Part shown: positions 23,687 through 36,002 of the stretch, piece after piece | Numbering within the stretch: position 1 is the first letter of the stretch | How the letters are laid out: every line of letters starts with the position of its first letter | From: Adineta vaga | Taxonomy: Eukaryota > Animalia > Rotifera | Direction: 5' to 3' | DNA length: 64,000 bases | NCBI GenBank assembly: GCA_021613535.1 | Contig: CP075493.1 | Span: 4,650,001-4,714,000 of the forward strand | Notes under the pieces: generated by a model | Database searches by the model: none | Told to the model about the DNA's origin: nothing | The model's input: only the letters and a program-made list of their open reading frames with translations | Translations under genes and position numbers: made by a program

Positions 23687-25230
23687 CTATTCAACCATAA
23701 TTACTCGTTCTTCCATAAAGTTTTCTTCTTCATCTTCACCATCATTTAATCTTAATTCTTGTCCAGTAGTTCTCATTGGTTGAGATTGATGAATAAAATC
23801 TGTTAATGTTCGTTCAGTACATTTGGCAAGAAATCTTATGAGTGGTCGTACATCACCATCATTTGCTTGATTGAGATGAGAATAATAAGTTAATCGTTCT
23901 GATTTCTTTATAATTACAGGAGGAAAACCAGATCTCATTAAAATTAAATTCATCAATAAACGTCCTGTTCGACCATTGCCATCAATAAATGGATGGATAT
24001 ATACGAATTTATAATGTGCTATAGCTGCTAATTCAATCGCATGAAGATCTCGTGTATCTTCCAATGAATTAAGCCATTTAAAAAAATCATTCAGATATTC
24101 AGGTATTTCTATTGCGGCAGGTGGTACAAATGATCCGACATATACTTGATGTTTACGTAATTGACCAGCTTGAATAGGATCAACAAAACCGAAAACTCGA
24201 CGATGAATTCCAAGAATATCTTCACGTACAATCGAACCTAAACGATTTACTAATGTACAATTCACATATTGTAATGCTGAATCAAGACCAAGAACTTCTT
24301 GTTGTTCAATAAGAGATTTTCCAGCGACAGCCATTCCTGTTTCAACAATATAACGTGTTTCACGTAAATTTAATGTATTTCCTTCGATTGCATTGGAATG
24401 ATAAATATGTAAATAATAAGCATCACGTTTAGCACGTCTTAGATAAGGATTTGTATCGGAAATACGATAGAATTCTTTGAGAAGATTATCAATAAATGTA
24501 AAACGTTTTTGATCGATTTCTTCGACTAATGGTAAAGTTCGTTGTTTTAATTCTAGTGCACGAAAATTACTCGGTTGTTTCCCTAATGCACGTGTATAAA
24601 AATGTTCAGCACGAATTAGATCTTTTTGATGATATTCAAGAAATTGTCCATATTCAACAAGAATATCCGAATTATGTGGATCAAGAGTTAAAGCTTGATC
24701 AAATACTTTTCGAGCTTTCTCAAATTTATTCGATGCAACTAATTGTAGTGCTAAATTTAGTGCACTTTCAGCTTCTTGACGAAGTTCTAAAGAAAATCAA
24801 GATTATTTAGTCTATATATATATATATTGAAATAAACTTTACCATTTGAGACATTCTTTTGTTTGGATTGATCTTTGATGTACGTTCGTTTATTATTTGA
24901 TAGTTCTTGTCTTCGATCATGTGTTTGTAATTCATGATGATGAAAATATTCAACAGAGATTAAATCTTCTGAAAAGAAGATTTGGCTTGATGTGAGTAGA
25001 CTTAAAGATGATGATGATGAAGAACGAAATGAAGATTTTGAGATAAAATTTAGTAAGAAAATATTAACTAGAATCGTTGTAAAGAATGAGAGAAGAAGAA
25101 AGAGGCAGATTGTCGTCAGAAATCGCGAAATTCGGTTGAAGAGCAACGTTCCATTAGTGAATAAAGAATATGACGTAAAATAACAGGATAGATCATAAGT
25201 ATTAATAACCGAATGATTTGATTTATTCAT
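23687..25230 (-). CDS. FICD: Protein adenylyltransferase FICD/HYPE (intron 24787..24842)
   Basis: HPFIDGNGRTGR Fic motif; SNAIEGN inhibitory helix; TPR region; N-terminal TM. Confidence 0.92.
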
Positions 25231-25587
25231 TGTATAGAAGAAATACGTGGAAAAAGCGCGAGAATATCAAGTCATTAGTAGACCATATTTATTCAATTGA
25301 ATTCAATTTGACAATTGAAAGAGAAAAGGAAGAAAAAACTGTTGACGAGCTAAACGATCATTAGACAACAATAACAATCAATACGAAGACGGATTAGATA
25401 GAGGACACTAGATGCCACTACTTATTTCTTTGTATTCTAATCTTTATTAGATATTTTTCATGAGACAAAAATTTGTATTTTGATAACAGAAAGAAAAACA
25501 AAACCAATCAATCTATTTGCTTTTTTTTTTAAAGAGAACTGTCCAAGTCGATTTATTTTTGTTCAATCGATTGTCAATGAAATGATA

Positions 25588-26718
<1,131 letters not shown>

Positions 26719-26873
26719 GACGAATTTATATTAATGAAAAGATCTGAAAAATAAAATCATATTTGTAAAACTAGCAAAGAGAGAATCAATCGAAAAAATT
26801 CCTGAATTATTTTCATAACTGACTAGGAAATATCTACGGAGGAAGAGGGATTATCTAACTAAATTTTGTTCGA

Positions 26874-27830
26874 TTATTTAATAATAAATCGTGATTGATA
26901 ACGATTCTGATGAGCATTAGAGAAACACTCTTTCAGTTGTCGACGTAATCCTATAGTTATCGATTGTATAGATTCAAAATGATATTCTACATTTAAGCAA
27001 AAATGTAAAGATTTCAATAAGGGTAAACGTATAGTGAGAATCGATGCAAGCCAATCATAATCACAAATTAGTTCGGTAAGTTTTGAAATTGAAATCGATC
27101 GATAAATAATCAATTGTTCGAGATTGGATACACAACCAAGAAACATATCGATCAGTTGATCATTATAACGCCAATCAGTTATTTCACTATGAATTTCAAG
27201 TTTTTTCAAATTGAAATGTTCTTGAATATTGGAAAGTTTTAAATAAGATTGAAACATTTTCAATTGAAGTGAATGTAAATTTGGACAAGAAGATAGTAGA
27301 GATTTATAAACATGAAAATCGATAAAACCAATTTTTAAAATATGTAATGAACGTGTTTGTGTCCATGGAAGGATTGTTTCAATGGTTTCGAATCCAAATA
27401 GATTACATGATTTTAGATTAGGAAATGTATTCGAAAAGATTTGTTGATAGATAGAAGACATACCAAATAGGATATCCGGAATAGAAAGATATTCCAAATG
27501 AGAAAGATTGCTATCATGAAGTTGATTTAATAAATTATTTGAAGGATATTGTAAAGTTAGACGACGAATATTAGGGAATTGATGAAGTTCGATGTCGACA
27601 TTACCGATGAATATTAGACTATGAATGTGAGAAAAGAAAGAATGATTGTAGATAGAATCAGTGTTTTCCGAAAGAGTAAGATGAAGAGTTTTTAAAGATT
27701 GGATTAATGAATTTAAACGAATATTAAGATTATAGAAAGATTGAAAAAGATCAGAAGTATTTAAATAACTAAAGATATTGATCAGTAATTCATTGGATAG
27801 TAATTCTAATTTCGACGAAGTATTGTTCAT
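26874..27830 (-). CDS. F-box-like/LRR-like array member 9
   Basis: LELLSNELLINIFSYL; C-terminal HQNRYQSRFII. Confidence 0.8.
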   Translation of the reverse strand: MNNTSSKLELLSNELLINIFSYLNTSDLFQSFYNLNIRLNSLIQSLKTLHLTLSENTDSIYNHSFFSHIHSLIFIGNVDIELHQFPNIRRLTLQYPSNNLLNQLHDSNLSHLEYLSIPDILFGMSSIYQQIFSNTFPNLKSCNLFGFETIETILPWTQTRSLHILKIGFIDFHVYKSLLSSCPNLHSLQLKMFQSYLKLSNIQEHFNLKKLEIHSEITDWRYNDQLIDMFLGCVSNLEQLIIYRSISISKLTELICDYDWLASILTIRLPLLKSLHFCLNVEYHFESIQSITIGLRRQLKECFSNAHQNRYQSRFIIK

Positions 27831-28404
27831 AAATAGAAAGAATCTAAAAAGAAAAGAATCGAATGTTGTAATCTATTGAAGTTCTCATTCAAAGGCCGAA
27901 CGCATCATTTACATAACAGACGATTTCCTCTCGATAGATATTGATTCTAAATCAAGTACATATGTGATGATTCTACTAATCAGATCATCCTTCTTCAGGG
28001 TCGTATAGAATCTCTGATAACTTATTATTATTATTATTATTATTATCATTCTTCTTACATTTGTACGTAATAAACAACTCATCAAACTCTTTTTCTCTAT
28101 CAACACTTAAACAAGACTGAAAATTGAATTTGTCCATATCTCAATACTATCTACAAATACGAAAAGACAATATAATCGATGTTCATTCAAATTATCTGCG
28201 AGAAATAAAAGTCCTTCGGATTCATCACAGATAGTCTCATACTGTTTATTTCAAAGAAAAAAATTACTTTTTGACATACGTACGTATACAAAATCCTTAT
28301 TGCTTACTCTTTGATTCAACCTCAAATGTAAACTCTAATAAACAGATGGCGCTCAATATCAATGACGCATTGAAGTAATTGTCGTCCACGTAAAAAGGAA
28401 ATTT

Positions 28405-29337
28405 TTATTTTGTAATAAACGTTCGAAAGTTTAATTCATTATTTGAACAATAAATCTTTCGAAAACAAGGATGTATTTGACGAATTATATCGAGATTATT
28501 TGTCGGATTATCAAACGATGCATCATCAATATTACAATCAAATTGTTTCAAATATTGTAAACGATTTACTAAAGTTTGTGCAAAACGAATAAACGGAATT
28601 CTACATAGAAAATTCAAATAAATTTTCTGAACATTTGGAATAAGAGCAAGTAATTTATGTATGTGATTGAACGATAATTGATGATAAGGATCCAAGAGAT
28701 GAAAATGTTTTAACGAATGATGAATAATTGATGGTGATTGATGAAATATTGAAATTGTATTGAGAAGAAAATCAGCTTGAAGGTATCGAAGATTAGGTGA
28801 AGATGCAAGAATAAAAAGAACAAGTGTTGGATTATTACAGCGAATAGTAATCGATTGAAGTGATGGTGATTGATGCCAAGTACGTAAATGTGGAATATTA
28901 ACAATGCCAAGATCGAGAGAATGAATAGATGGAAATTCATTTGAAAATAAACGTTGAGCTAATTGAGGCATTAGAGTAAATTCTGGAATGGAAGATGTCG
29001 AAAGATAACGAAGTTGTGGCATAAATTCTGATCGAATTTGTTGCAATTGATCTTTTGTGATTTGATATAAGATCAATGATTGTAGAGAAGGAAATTGTTT
29101 CAAATCGATATTTTCCCATGTATTTAAAATTAAATGAATAATTTGATTTGAAAAGAAAGTTATTACTATTGATTCATTTCGTTCAAGATTCAATGAAAGT
29201 TTATCTAATGATCGTATTAGACAATTCAATCGTTTATTTAAATTCCAAAATCCATGAAATAAATCTCGAATATCGATATATTCAAAAAGATCAAGTAATA
29301 CTTCATTTGGTAAATGTTCAATGTTCATTCGATTCAT
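28405..29337 (-). CDS. F-box-like/LRR-like array member 8
   Basis: IEHLPNEVLLDLFEY. Confidence 0.8.
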   Translation of the reverse strand: MNRMNIEHLPNEVLLDLFEYIDIRDLFHGFWNLNKRLNCLIRSLDKLSLNLERNESIVITFFSNQIIHLILNTWENIDLKQFPSLQSLILYQITKDQLQQIRSEFMPQLRYLSTSSIPEFTLMPQLAQRLFSNEFPSIHSLDLGIVNIPHLRTWHQSPSLQSITIRCNNPTLVLFILASSPNLRYLQADFLLNTISIFHQSPSIIHHSLKHFHLLDPYHQLSFNHIHKLLALIPNVQKIYLNFLCRIPFIRFAQTLVNRLQYLKQFDCNIDDASFDNPTNNLDIIRQIHPCFRKIYCSNNELNFRTFITK

Positions 29338-29426
29338 CTACAAAATAAGAAAAATTAGATAGAGAATTTATTAATTAGTCAATCGTAACAGAAAGAAAAA
29401 AAAAGCACTTTTAGTCTTCTTTACAA

Positions 29427-30392
29427 CTAAACTAAATTGAGAACAAGTTGTGAGAGATATCGATTCTTATGTACATGTTTAAAATGTGTTTTCATATGGT
29501 TAATTAGATTTGTATCATAATTTTTCGTTCCATAAATATACAAATGATATGTCAATCGACGTAAGAATACAAAATGTTTCTTTGTTAATGAAGCAAACCA
29601 ATTGAATGTTAAATATTCTTTAATATTAACATCGAAATTAATTTCATAAACAATAAATTGTTCTAAATTTGGTACACATGATAAATATTGATTCATAATT
29701 GAATCAGGTAATGTTTTCATATGACTTTGAAATTTAATGATCATTCGTTTAAGATTTAAATGTGGTTTTATTGCACATGATTCATCTAAATCATCGAGGA
29801 TATTGAATTGCAAAATATATAAATTAGGACATAAAGAAAGAAGAGATTTATATGTTAATAAATCGATATTATCCATTTTTAAAATAGATAATTGTATTGT
29901 TTGTGTCATATGTGGAATAATTTCAAGGATTCGTGGTTCAAGAAGTGAACAAGATTTTAAACAAGGAAAACCATTTGAAAATATCTTTTCACATAAATCA
30001 GGAATATGATCACAAAAAAGAAAATGTTCATATCCAATTGTTAAATGTTCTAAATAAGGTAAAGTATTGCAAACAAGTTGTTTCAATTGACTAGATGTTG
30101 GAGATAATAAAACTAAACGATGAATGTTTAGAAAATGATTGAAATCAATATTGACTGCATAATCCATGATTAATGTATAGATATAAGGAGTTAATTCATT
30201 GTAATAATCTATTTCATTCGAATTGTACTTAAATAAAGTTAATGACAGATAATGAAGTGATTGAAGAAGATGATTGAAACGAATATTCAGATTATAGAAT
30301 GCTCGAAAAAGATCTCGAGCATCAAAATGTTGAAAAATGAATATGAGCAGTTCATTAGGTAAACATTCGAAACGTGAAGGTATGTTACTCAT
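29427..30392 (-). CDS. F-box-like/LRR-like array member 7
   Basis: FECLPNELLIFIFQH; IFSNGFP and CPNL motifs. Confidence 0.8.
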   Translation of the reverse strand: MSNIPSRFECLPNELLIFIFQHFDARDLFRAFYNLNIRFNHLLQSLHYLSLTLFKYNSNEIDYYNELTPYIYTLIMDYAVNIDFNHFLNIHRLVLLSPTSSQLKQLVCNTLPYLEHLTIGYEHFLFCDHIPDLCEKIFSNGFPCLKSCSLLEPRILEIIPHMTQTIQLSILKMDNIDLLTYKSLLSLCPNLYILQFNILDDLDESCAIKPHLNLKRMIIKFQSHMKTLPDSIMNQYLSCVPNLEQFIVYEINFDVNIKEYLTFNWFASLTKKHFVFLRRLTYHLYIYGTKNYDTNLINHMKTHFKHVHKNRYLSQLVLNLV

Positions 30393-30493
30393 ACCTTCAG
30401 TAATTATCTAGAAAATATTTGTAAAAAAAAATAGGTATGTATTTCATTAAAGCAACTATAAATCCTAAAACAGTGATTTAAAAGAAAATATTA

Positions 30494-31438
30494 TCAAAAT
30501 AATTTGGTTCGGACGACAATAAATCGAGATTGATATCGATTATGATGAGTAATATAAAAATTCTCTTCGATTTCATCAAGGGTAAATGTCTCGTTACGTG
30601 CAATATCACAAATATGAAAATAAAAATCAAATTGTTGAAGAAATATTAAATGGGTACTTATTATTGATGCTAACCAATTGTATTTCTGTTTGAAAAACAT
30701 ATCTGTTTGATGAACACTGAAATATTCAAGTTCAGGAACATAGGAAAGACAACAATCAATATCATTATCTTTCCATGGTTGAAGAAATGGTGACGTACGA
30801 ATGATTAATTGTTTAAGATTTCGATGTGGAACAATAGACATCAATGTATTATTTGATGTTAATGTTGCTAATTGAAGAGATGATAAATTTGGACAACTGG
30901 TTAATATTGATTTATAAATAATTAAATCAATTTTTCCAACTTTAACAATACGTAATGTTGGTGAAAGTGTCCATTGTGAATTCTTAATGATTGTTCCCCA
31001 TTTGAATAGTTGACAAGATTTAAGTTTTGGAAAAGCATTGGAAAATGTTTGCTTGCAAAGATTTGGAATGTAATTAAAAACCGAAATATGCATATGATTG
31101 ATAGAAAGATATTTCAAATGTTGAAATGTTAGATAATTAAATTGAGATAATAAATTTTCTGTTGGATATCGAAGAATTAATGAATGAATGTGAAGAAAAT
31201 GATTGAGATCAACATTGATAGCTCGATGAATGATAAGTGTACGAATGAATGGAAACGAATCATCTTCAGTATAACGATGTGTTGAAATATTAAGAGTTAA
31301 ATATGGAAATGTTTCTAATAGATTATTAAAACGTAAATTTAAATTATAAAATGCTCGAAATAGATGTGAAGATTGTAGAAATTGAAAAATATCATTGAAG
31401 ATTTCATTCGGCAAGGATTCCAATTGAAATATATTCAT
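30494..31438 (-). CDS. F-box-like/LRR-like array member 6
   Basis: LESLPNEIFNDIFQF; first in-frame ATG at 31438. Confidence 0.8.
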   Translation of the reverse strand: MNIFQLESLPNEIFNDIFQFLQSSHLFRAFYNLNLRFNNLLETFPYLTLNISTHRYTEDDSFPFIRTLIIHRAINVDLNHFLHIHSLILRYPTENLLSQFNYLTFQHLKYLSINHMHISVFNYIPNLCKQTFSNAFPKLKSCQLFKWGTIIKNSQWTLSPTLRIVKVGKIDLIIYKSILTSCPNLSSLQLATLTSNNTLMSIVPHRNLKQLIIRTSPFLQPWKDNDIDCCLSYVPELEYFSVHQTDMFFKQKYNWLASIISTHLIFLQQFDFYFHICDIARNETFTLDEIEENFYITHHNRYQSRFIVVRTKLF

Positions 31439-31537
31439 TATCACAATCTTGTCTTACTCTCATATTCAAATCATTACTATAGAATCATCTAAAACAAAGA
31501 CGAAAATAAATTTTTATTTAATAATCAATCGTGCATT

Positions 31538-32476
31538 TTATCGATTTTTATGAACATGATAAAATTGTTCAATGATTTGATCGAGAATACTGTTCATACG
31601 AGGTCCAAGAACAATTGTAGCTTTACCAACATGAAAAATATGAAAATAACAATAAAATCGGTGTAGAAAAGGAAAATATGAAGGAATAATTGTTGAAAGC
31701 CAATCATAATTAATAAATGATTTGTTAACTATCGAAATATTATCTTGTCGATGAAGACTTAATCTTTCCAGATTAGATAAACAAGAAAACAAATCATTCA
31801 ACACAAGAATATGTTCATTCTTTTTCCAAGTATTACATTTCGTTTTCAACACCAAATGTTTTAAATTACTATATGGTCGAATATCACGAGAGATTTCACA
31901 AGGAAGAATAATACCTGTATTTAGATTATATAAATTCGGACATGTTGATAAAAGTATTTTAATCGATGAGAGATCCAAATATGAAAATGTTAAACTATAT
32001 AAATGATTTATTTGTATCCAATCAATTGTATTCTGTATTGGTTCATTATCAAGATGATAGAATGATTTCAATTGCGGAAAACCATTAGTAAAGATTTTGG
32101 AATGTAAATTCGACATTTTTTCTGATAATTGTACAGATTGTATTGAAATATGTTCAAGATTATTTAATTGATTTGTTTGAAGTTGTACGAGAATGTTTTC
32201 GGTTGGATTATTCAAAACTAGACGAGATAAATTCCGGAATGGATGAAGATTCATTTCAATCTGCTCATTGATAGATAAAGTGTGCAAATAGGGAAATATA
32301 ATGGACATATTATTGATTTGATTTTGATTAGTTTTCGAAATAGTTAAAGAAAGATAAGGAGTGGATTGTATTAAATGATTCAAACGAATATTTAAGTTAT
32401 GAAATAGTTGAACAATTTCATTAGCATGAAAATATTGAAATAGATAAAAAAATAATTCATTTGGAAATTGTTCCAT
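31538..32476 (-). CDS. F-box-like/LRR-like array member 5 (C-terminus shortened by 8 aa)
   Basis: MEQFPNELFFYLFQY; ends HVHKNR* followed in frame by NARLIIK*. Confidence 0.75.
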   Translation of the reverse strand: MEQFPNELFFYLFQYFHANEIVQLFHNLNIRLNHLIQSTPYLSLTISKTNQNQINNMSIIFPYLHTLSINEQIEMNLHPFRNLSRLVLNNPTENILVQLQTNQLNNLEHISIQSVQLSEKMSNLHSKIFTNGFPQLKSFYHLDNEPIQNTIDWIQINHLYSLTFSYLDLSSIKILLSTCPNLYNLNTGIILPCEISRDIRPYSNLKHLVLKTKCNTWKKNEHILVLNDLFSCLSNLERLSLHRQDNISIVNKSFINYDWLSTIIPSYFPFLHRFYCYFHIFHVGKATIVLGPRMNSILDQIIEQFYHVHKNR

Positions 32477-32549
32477 TTTCAATTCATCTAGAAAAAAGAA
32501 ACAGAAATCTTTCTAATCAAAATCATGACATATAGATTGATAATTACTT

Positions 32550-32837
32550 CTAGGAATGTTCAATAATTAAATGTAATTGATATTGATCTTGTTATTCGCG
32601 GGATATATTAATAAAATGAACTTTTACGAACAAAGTTGTTGAAGTTCATCATTTGATGACCATTCTAATTTTGAACATCGAACATTTGGAAATTGATTTA
32701 AATTCACTTCGATGCCAGCATGAACCTGTAATGAATAAACAAACGATAGAAATATTTGATTTCCGTTGATTTGATTTTTATTCGAATTTTTCAAAGCAAA
32801 AACAATCCAATAGAATTTCATTAGGTAAAGATTCCAT
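32550..32837 (-). pseudogene. F-box-like array member 4, internally deleted pseudogene
   Basis: MESLPNEILLDCF start, middle fragment EVNLNQFPNVR, C-terminal remnant QYQLHLII*; stops and frameshifts; only about 290 bp. Confidence 0.75.
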
Positions 32838-32864
32838 CTGGAATATAAAAAGAAAGCAAAATTA

Positions 32865-33851
32865 CTAAGCTAGAATTCGTATTCGAGCTTGATAATGGTA
32901 TTTATGTACATTATGAAACTGTTCTTTCAATGCACAAAACATATTTTCACGAAAACATTTCGTAAATCTTTTCTTATCATAAATATTTAAAATTAATTGA
33001 AATTTTTGAAGTAATCGTAATGAACGAAGAAGGATCGATGCAAACCAATCATAATTTGAATAGTCAGTTATCTTTCGAAAAGACGTTGAACGATAGATTG
33101 TCAATTTTTCTAGATTTGGAATGCATTGAAGATATTCTTGAATATGTTGATCATTCCAAGGTAAAGATAAATCATCATCTTTAATAATCATTTGTCGTAA
33201 TTGAAAATGAAACATTAGATTTGGTAATGTCGATTCAATCAATGGCAATAATGTTGTGAATTGAATGAAATGTAAATTTGGACATGCAGAAAGAATGGAT
33301 CTATAAATTATTGGATTAAGTTTTCCAATTCGAAGAAATTTCAATGAAAAACATTGTTGCCAAGATTCATTTGGATGTTGAACTTCTATATCGATAAAAT
33401 GGCAAGATTTTAAATATGGAAAATCATTGGAAAATATTCGTTGATATAAATCATTGATTGACGATTGAATTGTTGTTGTATTGAATTTATGAGTAATGGA
33501 AAGATATTCAATCAAATGAATGAATTGAAAATTCAATTGTTCGAAGATTTTCTCTTTTGGATTTCGTAATATTAGACAACGAAGATTCTTGAATTTTCTC
33601 AAACTAATATTAATTCCACGATCAATAATTAATGTTCGAATACAATGTAATAAAATCTCATCATTCTTATTTTCCTTCATATCAAATAATGAAATAGTTA
33701 AATGTAAACAATTCAATGAGAATAAAAGTTTTGTAAAACGATTATTAAGATAAGAAAATGAATGAAAAAGTTGACGAGCATCAACATATTTACATATATC
33801 GACGATTAATTCATTAGGTAAATCTTCTAAACAAGTTATATTCATCGACAT
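32865..33851 (-). CDS. F-box-like/LRR-like array member 3
   Basis: LEDLPNELIVDICKY. Confidence 0.8.
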   Translation of the reverse strand: MSMNITCLEDLPNELIVDICKYVDARQLFHSFSYLNNRFTKLLFSLNCLHLTISLFDMKENKNDEILLHCIRTLIIDRGINISLRKFKNLRCLILRNPKEKIFEQLNFQFIHLIEYLSITHKFNTTTIQSSINDLYQRIFSNDFPYLKSCHFIDIEVQHPNESWQQCFSLKFLRIGKLNPIIYRSILSACPNLHFIQFTTLLPLIESTLPNLMFHFQLRQMIIKDDDLSLPWNDQHIQEYLQCIPNLEKLTIYRSTSFRKITDYSNYDWFASILLRSLRLLQKFQLILNIYDKKRFTKCFRENMFCALKEQFHNVHKYHYQARIRILA

Positions 33852-33977
33852 AATAACAACTTATCTAAAATAAAGAAAATTATTGTTCATCGGTAAAGAT
33901 TAAACAATGATAATCATTGAGGAACACAGATGGTAAAATTCAATTACAAATTTATTATTAAAATAAAAAGCAAAATT

Positions 33978-34904
33978 CTATTCTAATAGAAACACTCGTG
34001 ATCCATCATTTTGTACAATACATTCTAAATTATGTAAACATTCATGAATTTGTTGAATACTTTCTACATCGATCATTTGAGTATTTGGTAATTCGAGAAT
34101 ATCACATTCAAATCGATTCAATTGTTCTAATTGTTGAAAGATATTTTCCATTAGAAGAAGAAATGGTACACGACATAGAAATCGTAAAAATAAATATTTA
34201 ACATTGGGTATATAACGTAAAAGAATTTGTATAGTTTCATAGGATAATCGATGATATAGATCATCTAAAAAGAATTTCTCTAATGGATGATCAGAAGATG
34301 ATGATGATGGAGGAAGAATATGATGATTTTGACCGAAGAAAGTTATATGAAAATCAGATAAATTTGGACAAGCTGAAAGAAGTTGAATAATCACATTGGC
34401 ATGTGTACAAGTAATACGTAATGTTTGAAGAGAAAGTGATTGAAATCGAGGTGATATTTGAAATGTATCTAAACGATTGAGAGTTGCATGACGAAGAAAA
34501 CGAAAATCAGTCGAAAATATTTCACGTAAAGTTTCCAAAGGTAAAGATATATGAAATGGTGTATGGATATTGAGATTGATTAAATTTGGCATTAGTACAG
34601 ATCGAATTTGTTCAAGTTGATAACCATTTGCTTGACATAATTCTAATGTTTGAAGATTGGAAAATTTTGTTAAATCAATTGATGTTGAAGTCTCAACTTT
34701 TAAATGAAATATTTGACGTGCAAAGATTTCCGTAAAGAATGGTTCTTCTTTGTCAATAATAAGACAATGATTAGTTAATGAACGAAGTAATGTATTCAAT
34801 CGTTGATTGATTCCCCAAAAACTTTGATATAAATTGAATAGATCAAAATATACGAATAGATCAAGAATGATTTCATTTGGTAAATCTTCGAATTGAATGG
34901 ACAT
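33978..34904 (-). CDS. F-box-like/LRR-like array member 2
   Basis: MSIQFEDLPNEIILDLFVY; ATG at 34904. Confidence 0.8.
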   Translation of the reverse strand: MSIQFEDLPNEIILDLFVYFDLFNLYQSFWGINQRLNTLLRSLTNHCLIIDKEEPFFTEIFARQIFHLKVETSTSIDLTKFSNLQTLELCQANGYQLEQIRSVLMPNLINLNIHTPFHISLPLETLREIFSTDFRFLRHATLNRLDTFQISPRFQSLSLQTLRITCTHANVIIQLLSACPNLSDFHITFFGQNHHILPPSSSSSDHPLEKFFLDDLYHRLSYETIQILLRYIPNVKYLFLRFLCRVPFLLLMENIFQQLEQLNRFECDILELPNTQMIDVESIQQIHECLHNLECIVQNDGSRVFLLE

Positions 34905-34988
34905 ATCTAGAAAATAGATAGTAAACAAAAAATTGCAATGTATTTATTAATATCTTTGTAATGAAAACTATCAAAACAAAAATCACGT

Positions 34989-36002
34989 TTAGTTTTCAGT
35001 AAAAATTCGAATTACAGATTCATCGACAACGTATTTTTCATATTTGATATGTTTAAAACATATATGAAATGAATGCAATTTTTCGAAATCAATTTGTTCT
35101 TCTTGATTACTGATTAAATCACAATGAAAAGAAATTAACTTGGGTAAACGACTGGAAAATATAAAAGCTAATTTTTGAAAATTCCATAGAAAATCCATCG
35201 TAATTGCATCAAAATATGAAGTATAAAGTCGTAAATGTTCCACTGTTGGAATGTATGAAAAACAATAATCAAGTTTATCATATGTCCAATGACCATTGAG
35301 GTGTAATTTGATATGTTTTAAACACGAATGTTGAAAAATACTTGAATCATTGAGTATTACATATGTTAATGGCCAATTTAAAAATAATTCAAATACTCTT
35401 AGAAACATTAAAACAGAAGAAATACGTTTAAAAATTGTGCATGGATTATTTGACCATATACCTAATGATTTTAACGATGGAGAACCAGTCCATAATTCAC
35501 TATCGTCAACATTGTTTAATGAACATTTTTTTAGTAATGGAAATGCATTTGAAAAAATCTTTTGATGAAGTTTATGTAATTCAGTTTTAGCTGTTGAATA
35601 ATTCATATGGAAATATTCTAATCGAGGAAATGTTTCTGGATTTATCATTTGAATAAGTTTAATGGTTGGAATGTCAATAATCAATGAATGAATATGTGAA
35701 TAATTAATTAAATTTTCATTGATTATATATCTATTATCAATAAATCGAAGTCTTGTGATAAGTTTTTGTTTGTTGAATAAACGAGAAAGAAATTTCTCAG
35801 GAATTTTACCGTCTTGAATATGATCAGGATAAAGAATATGCTGATGAATATTTGAGGAGAATAGAAGCGAATTTAAACGATAATTTAAATTAAAAAATCC
35901 ATGAATTAAATCATTTAAATCAATAAATTCGAATATTTCCAATAGAATTTCATCAGGAAGTTTTTCTAATATATATGAACATATCACATTATCAGTTGTC
36001 AT
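34989..36002 (-). CDS. F-box-like/LRR-like array member 1
   Basis: LEKLPDEILLEIFEF. Confidence 0.8.
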   Translation of the reverse strand: MTTDNVICSYILEKLPDEILLEIFEFIDLNDLIHGFFNLNYRLNSLLFSSNIHQHILYPDHIQDGKIPEKFLSRLFNKQKLITRLRFIDNRYIINENLINYSHIHSLIIDIPTIKLIQMINPETFPRLEYFHMNYSTAKTELHKLHQKIFSNAFPLLKKCSLNNVDDSELWTGSPSLKSLGIWSNNPCTIFKRISSVLMFLRVFELFLNWPLTYVILNDSSIFQHSCLKHIKLHLNGHWTYDKLDYCFSYIPTVEHLRLYTSYFDAITMDFLWNFQKLAFIFSSRLPKLISFHCDLISNQEEQIDFEKLHSFHICFKHIKYEKYVVDESVIRIFTEN

